Shown here: in pieces, positions 24,757 to 38,000 of the stretch | How positions within the stretch are numbered: position 1 is the first letter of the stretch | Layout: every line of letters begins with the position of its first letter | Assembly (NCBI GenBank): GCA_976551045.1 | Contig: CDPCPM010000213.1 | Coordinates: 11,408,001-11,472,000 of the forward strand | Length of the DNA: 64,000 nucleotides | Origin: Glaucostegus cemiculus | Lineage: Eukaryota | Reading direction: 5' to 3' | Position numbers and translations under genes: made by a program | Notes under the pieces: model-generated | What the model was told of the DNA's origin: nothing | The model's input: only the letters and a program-made list of their open reading frames with translations | Databases searched by the model: none

Positions 24757-26299
24757 GGAAGTGAGTGGGAATGCTCTGAGAGTAGGCAGAGACTCTGGGT
24801 GAATGGCACAATTCTGTGTGACAGGAAATAGAAGAAATAGTTCTTCTGACCAAAGTGTTCTCCAGTCATTTAGTTGGATGCTTAGTTGACATGTCAGCAT
24901 TATACATAACTGATTTTACTACAATGACTTTTTTTATAACAGCATTTAAGTAAACTTTATTTGATCTTGCAGGACGTTGTTCACTGACTTCCTTAAAATC
25001 CTCTCTACAATCTTTTGGTCCTGTGCCAATAATTATATACATATCTTTTTCTCTACCATGGTAACTGACTTAGCAGAAAAGATGCTTTCCTCAGAATGAG
25101 CGCTAATGGAAACAGTTCTTCTAAAGGAGTCACTGTGGCAGTATACGTGTGGGGATGAGTTACGGACGGAGCAGCAGTTCAGGCAACCTGCTATGAACTT
25201 CTGCCTCCTTGCAAATCTGGCATTGTTTACTTCGTGGCTCATTTGTGGAGAAGTTGCTTAGGAGAGTTGATGTTTGGTGGGCTGGGCCGAGCAGAGGGCC
25301 ACTCAGTATTGAGGTATGGGTGTGAGGCCTGCACCCTGGTCAGCACAGTGAATGCAGGCCATTGTTGGGAACTGGCATCACTTCCAAATGGACAGACTTC
25401 CTGGTTCCTGTTTCTCTCTCATCACCTTCTTTTGGATATGAAGGAAACCACTGTCTTCTGCTCTTCATTTGGCTGCATATCTTTCCCCAAATTGGAGATT
25501 TCTTTTTGGAAACTAGCTCAATGGGTGGTCACTAGCCTTTGAATTTGTTACCATAAATAAATATCTGGACTGTGTTGAGCTAGGTGGCCGAACAAGGAGA
25601 AGACGAGACATCAGCTTCCATCACATTTAATAGGAAGTGACAAGAGACAGCATAGAATCCTGGAACTCTGTCAGTACATGGACCATTTGCTGCCAATCCC
25701 CTCACCATGGCAACCAGGATGCATCCTCAGCCTAACATTTCAGTGCTGAGTAACTGCATGGCTTGTACCAGCCAGCCTAATGCCAGCCTTAATATGCAGT
25801 CTCTCCACACATTGTGAGAGTGTTAGTGGAGGGCAGTGATTCATGTCAGGTTCCCAACACAGCAGTATAAAGACCCAGCTGAAATCTTCTAAAGTACATG
25901 AGGATATGTAGTTGTATATATTTGTACAGGAGGACCAAAACAAATAAGCACACTCTAAGGCAGCACTGAGCAGGGTACTAATATGGCATTTGTCTAGACT
26001 TCCAGTACAAATGTCATTCGCAGAGGAAAGCTATCTGATTTTGATTATTTTTTTAAGAATCTATTATGTCCAAATGTTGGAGTGAAGTGCCTTAAAATGG
26101 GTAAAAACATTTAGGTCTAGGAGAGGATCAGCAGTGTGGATCTCATTGTTACCCATTTGTGTGAGAGAAACTGGATGATGCGACTTTTTTTTTGCTGACC
26201 TCCTGATTTCCATTACAGATTACTCAAACTCTTCATGAAGTCAACTATTCATAATGTGTACTGTAAGTGTCTCATGCTTTGCTGCTCCTCCACAACCTG

Positions 26300-27425
26300 T
26301 AAAACTTTTCACCCATGTCATTAAGGACATTGTAATAGGGCACTTAGAAAATTGTATCATTGTATACACTGATCATGGATTTCTATAGGGGAAATCATAT
26401 TTGACAAATCTGTTCACAATTTTAAAGGTTGTAATTTACTCAGTAGGTAAAAGTGTGTCAAAGGATGTTAAATATTTGTGTGTTCAAAAAGTATTCAATG
26501 ATAGGCAGTGCATGAGGTTATTGCAAAAAAAAATAGTTCTCATAAAGTTGGTTCAATATATTGAAGATTGGTTATTAGACAGAGAATAGGAATAAATGGG
26601 TCATTTTATTGTTGGATGGCAGTGAATAATAGAGTACCAGTAGGACTATCGTTGGCCCTCAGTGATTGATAATTTCTATCGATGACACAGATGAAGTGAT
26701 TTTAATAAAATGTATCCAGGCATGTGGATAACATAGAGGTAGATGGAAGTGCAACCTGGTATATAAAGATATATAAACCATTTAAGTGAGTGAACAAAAG
26801 TCTGGCAGACAGTAGTGTGGAGAAATGTGAATTCATTAACTTTGATGGGAAAGATAGAAAGCAGTGTTTTGTTTAAAATGTGAAAGATTGACACATCTTG
26901 ATATTGAGAGGGACTTGGAAGTCTGCACAAAATTCAAAAAAAGTTAAGATACAAGTACAGCAAGCACTTGGGAAAGCAAATTGCATTTTGGCTGTTATGG
27001 CAAAGGAATTAGAAAGGAGTAAATGAATCTGTACTCTGCACAGTTTTGATATCGTTACGGCAGGAACTATATAATAGCCTTATGGAATGAAGGTACTAGA
27101 CTAATTTCTCAGATGAAGGAATTGTCCAGAGGGAGAATATGAACTAGATCAATGTGCTTTGATTTCACAAAAATGACAAGTAATCACATTAAAACATTAA
27201 AAGGTGCTTGATTGTTTCTCCTACTGGATGTGTCTGGAACAGGGAAGACTTAGAATAAAAGTCATAGGGTTGACCAAAATCATCAGGATTGTGAAGCTGC
27301 AGTTTTCAGTGCCAGAGTAATCTAATGCTGAATTATTGAGTATATTCTGCTTTTGGATGTGAAGGAAGTTGAGGAAGATGGGGGAAGTGGATGAAGGTGA
27401 AGTTGAGGCAGAAGATCAGTCATGG
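26300..27425 (+). mobile_element. Decayed CR1 LINE, RT to 3' tail
   Basis: catggatttctatagggggaaatcatatttgacaaatctg-like segment (HGF..GKS.LTNL), IEDWLLDR, and the tail gttgaggcagaagatcagtcatg. Confidence 0.7.
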
Positions 27426-28189
27426 AAGCAGCTCCTTCTTCTGATGATCAGAATGGGCTCATCATCCAACACTCTCTGGTCTCTCAGATGGTGTTGGATA
27501 ACATAGATGCTCAGAGTAGGAACTGAGAATAACTTCTACAGTTACTTCCTATCCTCTGTAATAGGTTAGCTCTTCATTTACCTTAGAGGCTTCCTCAGTT
27601 TAATTGTAATCTTATCCCATTCGCCCCACACTTGCCTCTTGATATCCTACCCAGTCTAATCTCACTCTGCACGCCTTCACAGATCCTTAGGTATCCCTAC
27701 CCTGTCTAATACTACCCCATCAGCTCTCCATATCTTTTAATGTACCATCTGTCTAATCTATACAGTGTTTATTTCCAGCAGCTCTTCTTTACTCCTGCTG
27801 TTGCAGTTGACACCCTGATTTTTCTTTTGTAAGTTAGGCCATTATTGACCAAACAAGGACAGGTTGTCACTTCCATGGCCTCTTGCTGCAATACATGTGT
27901 AAGCTTTTCTAGCCGTCTAGCTCTTCTTTCACCTGTAATCTTTAATGTGTTTCTCTGCTCCAGTGTTGATTGTAGGTGTCTGGATGAGAAAGAAACTTGG
28001 ACTTGCACTTGAGTCCTGAGCTGGAAGGGAGTGGAAGGTTTTAGCCAGGGACTGGCGAGAATGAAATAGATCAGGAAGCCTGGAACTGAACAAAGATATT
28101 GGAATACTTAAGGCTGGGAAAGGAAATTGGGATGAGCAGAAATGTTGCAAATGGGCAGTTGGAATGGATGTTTTAATGCAAAACCAAAG

Positions 28190-28350
28190 CAGCTTAGGTG
28201 GAGTATGTAAATATGAAGAGGCATTTAAACAGGTGCATGAACAGGCAGGGAATCGAGGGATTTAGACCATGTGCAGGTAGATGGAATTAGTTTGAATTGG
28301 CAATGTGGGCCAAAGGGCCTGTTTCAGTACTGTACTGCTCTGTATAACAG
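28190..28350 (+). mobile_element. CR1 3' tail
   Basis: gtgggccaaagggcctgtttcagtactgtactgctctgtat, a typical CR1 3' hairpin and tail. Confidence 0.65.
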
Positions 28351-29049
28351 ACCTAAAGCATGCAGTGCTTGGAGGAGTGGGCAGCTGAGTTAGAATGTGA
28401 TGTGGATAACCTGAGAAACATACAAAGGAATCTAAACGCAGTAGATTAATGTTGGGAGAAGAATAAGAGATAGTCACAGACTGGAAAACTGGTTAGATTT
28501 TATCAGTGCACAGTGCAACATTCCAAAAAGCAATCTCAGGCACTAGATTTTAACTAGTAAGTTTGTTCATGTAGCCTAACAATTGCATTTTTTTTGCTGG
28601 AAATTATAGGATTGCCAACTTGGATCCACAAATATGTGAATGTGATCCCTCTCAATCAGAGAAATAAAACACAGCTGGGAAATGAAAATGGGAGGGGGAT
28701 TGGGCAGGGGGAGGTGAATCTGCTACTTTCGTCTTAAGCTTTGCCACCTTTGTTACTGTAGTCTGAAGTTACATATATTTAATACTGCATTCTGCTTTCA
28801 TTTTTGCCTGTAAATTCAAAAGGTTAAATATGTTAACAACATTTTTTTTTGAGAATGATTTCCATGATGGGATATCTGAGCAGATATTACTTGCTCCAAA
28901 AAAGAGCATGCTTTTGGCCAAAGTTCTCGGGATAATGGTTTCAGCTGTTGTTTTTCTGTAATCACGATGAATGTTTCAGCTGATTTAGGTGAATGCCATC
29001 TAGCTAGCAATACTGGATCAGCAGAGGCAAAAAGGAGTACAAAATGACA

Positions 29050-30010
29050 GTATATAAGGAGGATTAGACCATTCAGGCCATCGTGTCTGGCCGACTATTC
29101 AATAAGATCATAACTGATCTTCTACCTCAGTGCCACCTTCCAGCACTAAACCCATATAGAGTCATTGAGTTGTACAGCATGGAAACAGGCCCTGTGGCGC
29201 AACTTGTTTATGCCGACCAAAGAGTCTACCCAAGCTAGTCCCTTTTGCCTGCGTTTGGCCCATATCCCTCTAAACCTTTCCTATCCATGTACCTGTCTAA
29301 CTTTTAAACACTGTAATTGTACCCACCTCCACCATTTCCTCTGGCAGCTCATTGCGTATATCTACCGGTCTCTGCCGAAAAACTTACTTCTTGCATCCCC
29401 TTTCAATCTTTCCCCTTTCAGCTTCTATGCCTTCTAGTTTTAGTCTCGTCTACCCTGGGAAAAAGACTTTGACAATCCACCTTATTTGTGCCCCTCATGA
29501 TTTTATACACCTTAATAAGGTCACCCCTCAACTTCCTTTGCTACAGTCCCAATCGATCTGGTCTCTCCTTATAACTCAGGCCCTCCAGTCCTCAATTCAT
29601 GTCTATATATAATATCTAGTTTTCTGTTGTTTAGTAATCTCTTTACAGCACTTTTTCAAATGCCTTCTAAAAGTCCAGATACACTACATCAGTTGTCTGA
29701 CCTTGTACATTCTTCTAGTTACTTCAAAACATTTATTACAGGTATGTCAAACATAATTTTCCCTTTCAGAAATCCACATTGACTCTACCTAATCCAATTA
29801 TTATTTTCTATGTGCGCTGTTACCATTTCTTCAATAGATTCCAGGGCTTTTCCTTCTAGTGATCTCAGGCTAGCTGATCTATAGTTCTCCCTTTTCTCTC
29901 TCCTTAAATAGTTATCTTTCAATCTGTGGAAACAGTTCTAGAATCTATGGAATTTTGGAAGATGGTGGCCGATGAATCAACTGTATTGACAGGTTGTCAT
30001 ATCCTGGGGT
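29050..30010 (-). mobile_element. Two nested or adjacent CR1 fragments, reverse strand
   Basis: Two different CR1 3' ends (ggaggattagaccattcaggcc... at about 29055 and tacagcatggaaacaggccc at about 29170), then reverse RT remnants (aaatgccttctaaaagtccagatacactacatc). Confidence 0.7.
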
Positions 30011-31829
30011 TTATCGTCTTTCTGTCCCTCTATTTTGTTCAATACTTTTTACAGTAATGATAACTTTGAACTCTCATTCAATCTATGCCATTAGTTCTCT
30101 ACTCCAGTATGGTTTCAAAGTTGCAGTGGTTTTCAGGTCTATTGGTTTTTCTCAGAATTAACAGGTATTTTGGTTTTAATTAATAATATACACATGGGAC
30201 ATCTCTGCAATTAATCTCAATCTGCAGATAATTTTCATTAAATAACCGATTATATATAGTTAATGATTACAAGTCCAGGAGGAACAGGGGACATCGTTAC
30301 CAAAGCTTGGGAGGAACAGATTACTTTGAATCTATAGTTCCCTATGCTCTCTACATTCAGAATCTCCCACATCATTTTTCCAAATCTCTGAAGACTAATT
30401 CAGTGCATTTCAATTGAAATTGCTGTTCCTCTCTCATGGTTATGGTGCCACCATTTTAGTAGAAAATACTGTCCTGTGTGTACCATACAGATAAATGCAC
30501 TTGCACTCAATCTGCACCTATCACCATTCAGATAGTAAGGAAGTAAATCATTCACAATGATCAAAACTTATTTACATACTTGCTTTCTAGATTTTATTAT
30601 ATTCAAATATATTAAAGCACAACTATATGCTGTGTGCGCGTGAACAATGAGTTCATATGCCCAACTATGACAGCATTTTTAAATTTCCTATTCAAAGTGC
30701 AGTTACAACCATTGGGTTGATGCGTTAGTAAAGATGGATTGGCATCATTGGGCAACAGCTATTTTGTTACGTAGCTACCAAGATGGCAGACAATGAACTA
30801 AATGTACATGGACATTCTTTTTAACCAATAATTACTACACAGTGTATGAAACAGTAGGAATGAAATTCACAAAGTTCCTCAAAATATAATATTGAAGTAT
30901 TGTAATAATTTTAAAAGTAAAGATATTTCTTTTCTTGTCTAATATATATCAAAATGATTGTGCTAGGAATGATTTTGTCACTTTAAGCTGGCTAAATTTA
31001 CAAGCATACGAGGCATGTTTCATTGACTATTTATTAAAATTTAAAAGATTTTTTGAGCATTGTGCTTTTGTTTTACATTATTTATAGATATTACGAAGAG
31101 TAGAATCTAATGTCTAAATATCACCTAAGATCAAGTCTGTCTTAGAGATAGATACTTTAGTTTTAAAAATAGGCTGTTTTGGAAAGATGAATTTCCATCC
31201 CTTGTTTTTTTCTTGATACATGAATGATACACAAGGATCATTGTTATGAATGTATAAAGCAAATGCTTGTGAAACATGATGTCAGCTTTGATAACTTAAA
31301 TGCTTTATTAATGGTCAATATGATTTTTGTTGTAGCTCCTAACATTGGGAATGGCTTTGTAGCTGCTGTCAGGTGCTTTTTCCCAAAAGATTCTTTTGAA
31401 ATAAAACAAATTATGGGAAGTTACTATTGATCCATGCTGATTCAAGAGGAAATCCAAATCTTGTGTTTGTAGTTGAGGCACGGTTAACCTTTGTTGCAGA
31501 CAAGTACGTGTTATTTGCTGAATTATTATATTTGGTAGATGTATTGGATTGTGCTTTATATGAGTGGCTTCAGGGTAGAATGAAATTCATTGAGTGCTGA
31601 GCTCTAAGGTGAAATTAAGTTTCTAAATGCATTGGACTGGCACGTTATTACTGCCCAATATGTGCACTGAATCTGGACCGGCTCTAAGCCATGGCATTTA
31701 GACAATTATTGCAAGAATTAAATGCTGTGCTTACAAGCATGGAGTATAAATAAGTAATACAAAATTACTTTTCCCATAGAAGGTTACTGAAGAAAGCTTG
31801 GTCAATCCAAATTTGTTCATCAGTTAAAT

Positions 31830-32190
31830 TAAGTCAAACTTGCATTTGTACAGAACTCTTAACTAAAAATTTAATTGATGTGATGAATTTTAAAATGCAT
31901 CTCGATACTGAAAATATAAATTTTAAAGAGGATCCAAAAGGAGGAAAGAGAGGTGGAGAGATTTGGAGAATGAATTTTAAAGCTTGCAGGGTACTGTATG
32001 ATTAAAATCAGGTATGTTTATAAGACCAGAATTGGAGAGGATCTTGAAGGTTGTAGGATTTGGGGAGATTACAAAGAATGGAGCTAAGTCATTGAAAACA
32101 AAGATGAGAATTTTAAAATCAGATGGGAAGCTCTGAATTCAGTGATGAGCTTAGACTTATGTAGGGTGGAAGTTTGGAGCATTGAAACAG
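31830..32190 (-). mobile_element. Old L2-like LINE 3' remnant
   Basis: aaacttgcatttgtacag...ggaggaaagagaggtggagagatttgg...gaaaacaaagatgagaattttaaaatc; the reverse complement resembles the + strand remnants at about 41650 and 46800. Confidence 0.45.
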
Positions 32191-34859
32191 AGTCTGTAAG
32201 TAAAATTTTCACACATTATAATAATTTATTACTTACTGCAATACAAAATGATTTCTAATCCAAGCAACAAACAGCTGGACTATCCTTCAATAGATATACT
32301 GTGGAATATGACAGTTGTAAAGTATTCCTGTTTTTACAGTATCACATTGCCACAATAAGATCAATACTATATGTGACCTACTTTTCTCACAGAAAATCCA
32401 CGGAAAAATGTTAAGGAACCTGGCAGACAGAAATGATGAAACAGGAAATTGAATTCACTTTTAACTTTTTTGGTTTTATTAGAACTGCAACCACAAATCT
32501 TTGGATTTATAGTATGTTTTGTTTTTGGTTGGAAAAATGCATCAACACAATTGAGGTGATGTCCTTATAGTTTAATGTATTTATTATACTATTCTGTTAA
32601 AACCCCCCAACATATAAGGAATTAATTTATGAATGTTACAACTTTGATCCAGTAGGGCAAATTATTTACCATGGTGTCAAAAAGTATGCATACCCAGGTA
32701 TCCAGATTAAAGCACTGAGATTATCTGTGTATATTTTCTTCAATAAGTTGCTGATGACCAATTTTTGAGATCTAGTTCTGTGATCTAGCATTAAGTATGT
32801 AGTATATTTCAAAATTTGATGGTGACTATTTATATATTAACTTTTGCTTCACACTGATTCATAGGAGTTCATGCTTTGCATAATTGTATCAGGAATAAGT
32901 ACTGCCAAACCTTTTGGAATAATCAAATAAATGGTGTAGATTATACATTATGGAATTTAAACTGAGGATTTTTTTTCTGGCTCAGTGCATTCTTGGGATT
33001 AAACTTGAAGCAGTAATGATTCATGACTCATTTTCAATGATATGTCTTTTACCTCTCTAAATGTCGTGTTAGTAACTTGCCTCTTTATTTTTACTTGAAC
33101 ACAGTGGATGAGAAAAATGGTAACATGCATAAATACACAGGAAGGCCGAGATCATGAAAATGGCAAAACTATAATTTATAAATTGAGTGACTTGTTTCTA
33201 AGATTACTAAAACTAAATGCTGAATTGTTTTCCAATTACATTTCCAATCTGATCTTTTATGGTCTGTCTCTTAGTCCCTACCCCACTGAGATGATCTGCA
33301 ATGTGGAGTTTATTAGCCTGTAATGTTCAGTGAAAAACGAATTTGATATCACTGCAGTATGAGTCAGAGCACAGCAGCATAAATGATGTGCTGCAGAATA
33401 CCACTGCAGTTTGAATTACATTGGGTAGAAGAAAGAGCCTTGCTGTATTCGATCACTTGCATGGTGAAGAAAAAGGATGATAAGTAAATCTGACTTGGTG
33501 ATTACTGGGTGAACCATGACACCTCTAAGTTTTTGACATCCCACTTGGAAAATGATATCAATTCCTTAACTGAAAATTCTGAAATAAAATAGATTATGGA
33601 CATATTCTAAGCAAATGTGGTAATCTGGTCAGTCCTCATTTAAATGAGAGTAAAATGGATGCTGTTGTCGCAACTGTGCCTTTCAGTAGTGAAAATGCTT
33701 GAAAGGTTGTTTTTTGCAAGCCTCATCAATTTCTTTCTCCCCCCACCCCCGTAAGAATCATGTTTCAAAGAAGAATTATTATGTTCTCTCCAGGCTAAAC
33801 AAAACACGCATAAATGCACAGAAAGAAAGTGCAATTATTGTAAATCATGTCTGTTTGCATTGTTCAAGGGAGTCATTGATCTAAGAAGTGGTATCAGGAA
33901 GAATTAAGCTCCTCTTGTGATTCATTGATACATTTGTGCACCTTATTACTCCATTATTATAATATTTTTGAATAGTAATGTTTTATGTTGAGTGAAAGGG
34001 CTTACCTTTTGCATTCATTGTCAGAAAATGCTCATGGATTGTGATTTCAATATTCCTATCAACACTTACTTTAGAACTAATTTGTGCATGAAGCAGTGTC
34101 ATAGGAACAAGAAATTTCACCAGTGGGTTTCAAGAGGTATCATCACTGGTTTTGCTTTTACAGTATTATTCAGTCCAAGAAAGCAGTTATTAACCACTGT
34201 TTCTCTAAATAACCATTCTTTTCCTCCATTCCTCAAATGGCAATTGTCTGTCCATTATAATTTTCCCCTGTGATCAGATGGGTCATTCTATTAGACCATC
34301 ACAATTTCTTTAGCCTATCTGTGGCCTTAAGAATCTTTGCATGATGACTCCTACAAGTCAATTGCTGCCCCATATCCCATTTCAGCTTGCAATTTTCCCA
34401 CTTAACCATTTATGCATATCTCAGCAACTGTTGTTCATTTGCCTGAACTGCAAAAAATGCTTAGTTATCTTGTGTATGGTCACTGTGTCTGACAATGTTT
34501 GGGTTGAGACTGAGACTAATATCCATACCATAAAAGATCCTTCAGCCAAGGTCATGTATCAGTTCACAAATATTTATATCTAACAGTAATTTTTGCATTA
34601 CATCCTTACCATTTATGTGCTCCTTTTTCAAACACACTCTGTTCTTCTGATTTAAATCCTCTTACTTCACCAGCAGCATTGCATCTGTGATAGTGTATTT
34701 GGCTGTTCTCAGCAAAACACTGTAGATTGATGTAGTATGTTCCAAATTAACCTTATCAATAGAATCTTGATATGATATTTTACCCCAATTTAAATTGGGG
34801 TTTTAGTTTTAATATACATGTACTGTATGAGCTTTTAATTGACAGGGTTAATTTATGGG

Positions 34860-35060
34860 ATGAAAGTCCAAAGAGTATAGTGGAAAAAGTTAGTGGAAAT
34901 CTGGCATTCTCATGCTCTAAGAGCTGCTGAGGCTTTATCACTTAATAATCTCAAAACTGACATTGAAAGATTTATCAAGCTTGGTTGTAGAACCAAAGCA
35001 GATATGGAAGATACAAGTAAGCCACGATCTATTGAAAATGAAATAAGCTTGAGGGAGCTG
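34860..35060 (+). mobile_element. Decayed CR1 3' remnant
   Basis: agtggaaatctggcattctc...gagctgctgaggct...tcaaaactgacattgaaagattt. Confidence 0.45.
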
Positions 35061-38000
35061 AATCATTGTGGCTCCAGAGAGCTCCAATTTGTTAAGTCAG
35101 CCTAATTGGTAGCAGGTGTGGCATCATGGTTCGCTGAAATTAATGCATTTTTGGAAAACTTCTCCCACTTTGCACTTAGAACAGCACAATGTAATAAATG
35201 TCTATGGTGTACTTCAGATTGTATATCCTACCTGAGTTGCTGTTTTGACCCTGTGAATCAAAGAGCTATCTTGTTTTGACAGAAAACCCATCTCAAAAGA
35301 GTTCTAGGATATAGATGCACATGCTAAGATTTAACTTTCCTTACAGTTCTGAAAATGGTTACTTATTGGTCCAAGACTTCCTAGCTAGTGGTATTTTCTA
35401 TCTGCTTTGTCATTTGCATCTACTTGAGAAAGATCTGGGTTTGAATTTCACTTTTCTAAAAGTTAGCTTTTTTTTTGATTATTGAGCTGTGCCTTGGCCA
35501 CTAGACTCCATAGTTTCTTTGTAGTCTCACTAAGTGAGATCCAATCATGTTAGAAGTTGGTTAAAACAAAATGGCAGCAAAGTTTATTCCTTACCCTTTT
35601 AACTTCTGATTAACCTTTTAATCTTGTTTCTCATTCACTGTTGTTTCTTTGCAAGCCAATGGGAAAAGTTGGTTAAATTGGTTCAAATTATACTGTTTTC
35701 TGTCACCAAGTATAAATTCTGGTACTTTACAAACAAAAATCAGTCATTGAGAAAAGTCAGACTTCTAAAAAAAATAACTAACTTTCCTTGAGTTTTGACC
35801 ATAATTTAGTTTTAACCATGATAATGAAAGCTAACAGAGAAGAGAGAATTAATTCAGAATTGGCCTTCTTGTGTTGGATCTTTCCTCTGTGAAGAATGTC
35901 TTGATCCACTTCCTCTTTTTGCTTTTTATTTCATAGTTCTATTAGATGGTCTTTGTGCAGTTTATTCCTCAGTTAATTTCATTTGTAATGTTTCATAATG
36001 TATTCTTAATTTGTTTCATTAGTGATTTTTGTTAATTTTGAAGATGAATAACTCCATCCCCAAGTTACAGTTTGACAATATAAATAGCAGTCAAGTATCC
36101 ACCAAAATATTTCTCCTTTCCAACTTTGCCTGAAACACATTTGGTGTCTTCTGACTACAGTTATTCATGACCACCCTCTTGTAGGAAAACAATCGGTCAT
36201 GCATTAATCAATTACATTATTCAACAGTTCTCATAAGAAATAAATCACACTAGAATATCATGCATGGTGGGAGGGTTAGGAGGATGCATGGAAAGAACTA
36301 TTATTATACATCAGTTCGAGTATGCTTCCTTTCAAATAAAAACTGGTCATTACTGGTTTGGCCAGAAGACATAAATGCATTATACAATTGTTGACTCTAG
36401 AGCCATAATAGACAATATTTGTTAGCTGCTTTTAAATTTTGAGTTTACAGTCTTCAGGCAGTATACAAAGTAGTGCACCTGGGTCAGTAAAGCTGCCTTG
36501 TCATTCCACTTCGAGTTCTCTCTTCCAGGTTGAAATGTAGTATTGTGTGCATTGATCAAATGTTATGGCATGACTTTACATTTCAACAAACAGTATATTA
36601 TTTGATTATTATGAACATTCAAGCAACATGGCCCCCAGTTATATGCCTTTAAATTTCTATGCCCAGAGTACAATACACTGCTTTGAATAGTTCAAAACAA
36701 ATAAATTATAGTTAGCCCATGATCGGGATGCTTTTGTTACAAATGCTGATTAAAATTGTTTATATTTAGCTTTATATTGTTACAGTTAACAGAAGAAATT
36801 GTGTGCTTTGATTAATAGGATTGATTGATTGAAAAGTGTATTTGATGTCATGCTTGTGTTTATTTTAGACAAATAGTGATTGCTACTTTGTTCTTAAACT
36901 CCTTTGGCGACTAAATATTTTCAATTAAAGTCAGCATTCTGCAGCTAATGACTCACTGTCTCTTTGGAAGGTGCCAGGAAAATGCTGAATTAATGTTTTA
37001 TGCACTTGCCGCTTTTTAAATAGTTTGCATTTAAGAGAAAGGTTGTAGAACCTTGTACATTAAATGAAGATTCTGTCCATTATTGGCTACTAATGGTGTC
37101 AATGGCAAGAATGTACTGTCATACCAGTCAGTTAAACATCTATTTAGCCTGTCAGTTAAAAATGCAGAATAATATGCTGTCAGTTACTAATTAATGGAAT
37201 TTGCATAGAAATTGCTTGGATTCAAGACATTCTACGCCAATGCCTTTGTATTATGCAGGAGTGGGAACATTATGGAAGTGTTTATGTCAAACGGTAAGAG
37301 GCATAACAGTAGCTGGCACTCATCACTGGGATTATTTGAATTTCAATGACAATCAGATTGTTTTCCCAAGATGAATCAAAGGAAGGCAGGTTGCTAATTA
37401 AAATAGCAGAGAGATGGGCACCTACATTATTGTGGCGTTAGAAATTCCAAGAGGAAACTTCAGTCTTTCTGGTTTCATTTTGATGAGTCCAAATGAAATC
37501 AGCTGTTTATACTTTTTACCTTACATTCTCAACAGTTTTTTCAAAGCTTTGGTTTAGAAGCTTTGAGCTTTATTCAAAACTAAGCCCATGAATTGATTGT
37601 AGAATTGCCGATTGTAATTGTAAGCAAATTTTCAAATAGTATTTTTCCAGTAAACTGCTAAAATAGTCAAACTTCCAACTCTGACCATTCAACTTCAAAG
37701 GAAGTACAAGATTTGTAATTTGGAACACATTTGGAAATGTAGAATATTAATCTGGAACTTTTTTAAGGATTCTGCAATCCAAATGTTCTTGAAGCTAAAA
37801 TATTGAACTTGAAAATATTCTAATCAGGTTATCAGACTTTCATAGGGGTTTGTAATAAGCTTTTAGCTGGAGGAAGATGAGAATGATTATGAGAGCAGAA
37901 CAGAGGAATTAAGACATGTCAACAAATAAAGAAGCATTAGTGATTAAAACATTGTAGAAGTTCAACTTTACAATACAGGGAATAAGAAACATGAATAATA

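Noticed and set aside
27610-27765. CRISPR-like repeat-spacer pattern
   Set aside because: Only three degenerate short units in a vertebrate intron, with no cas genes. A decayed minisatellite explains it.
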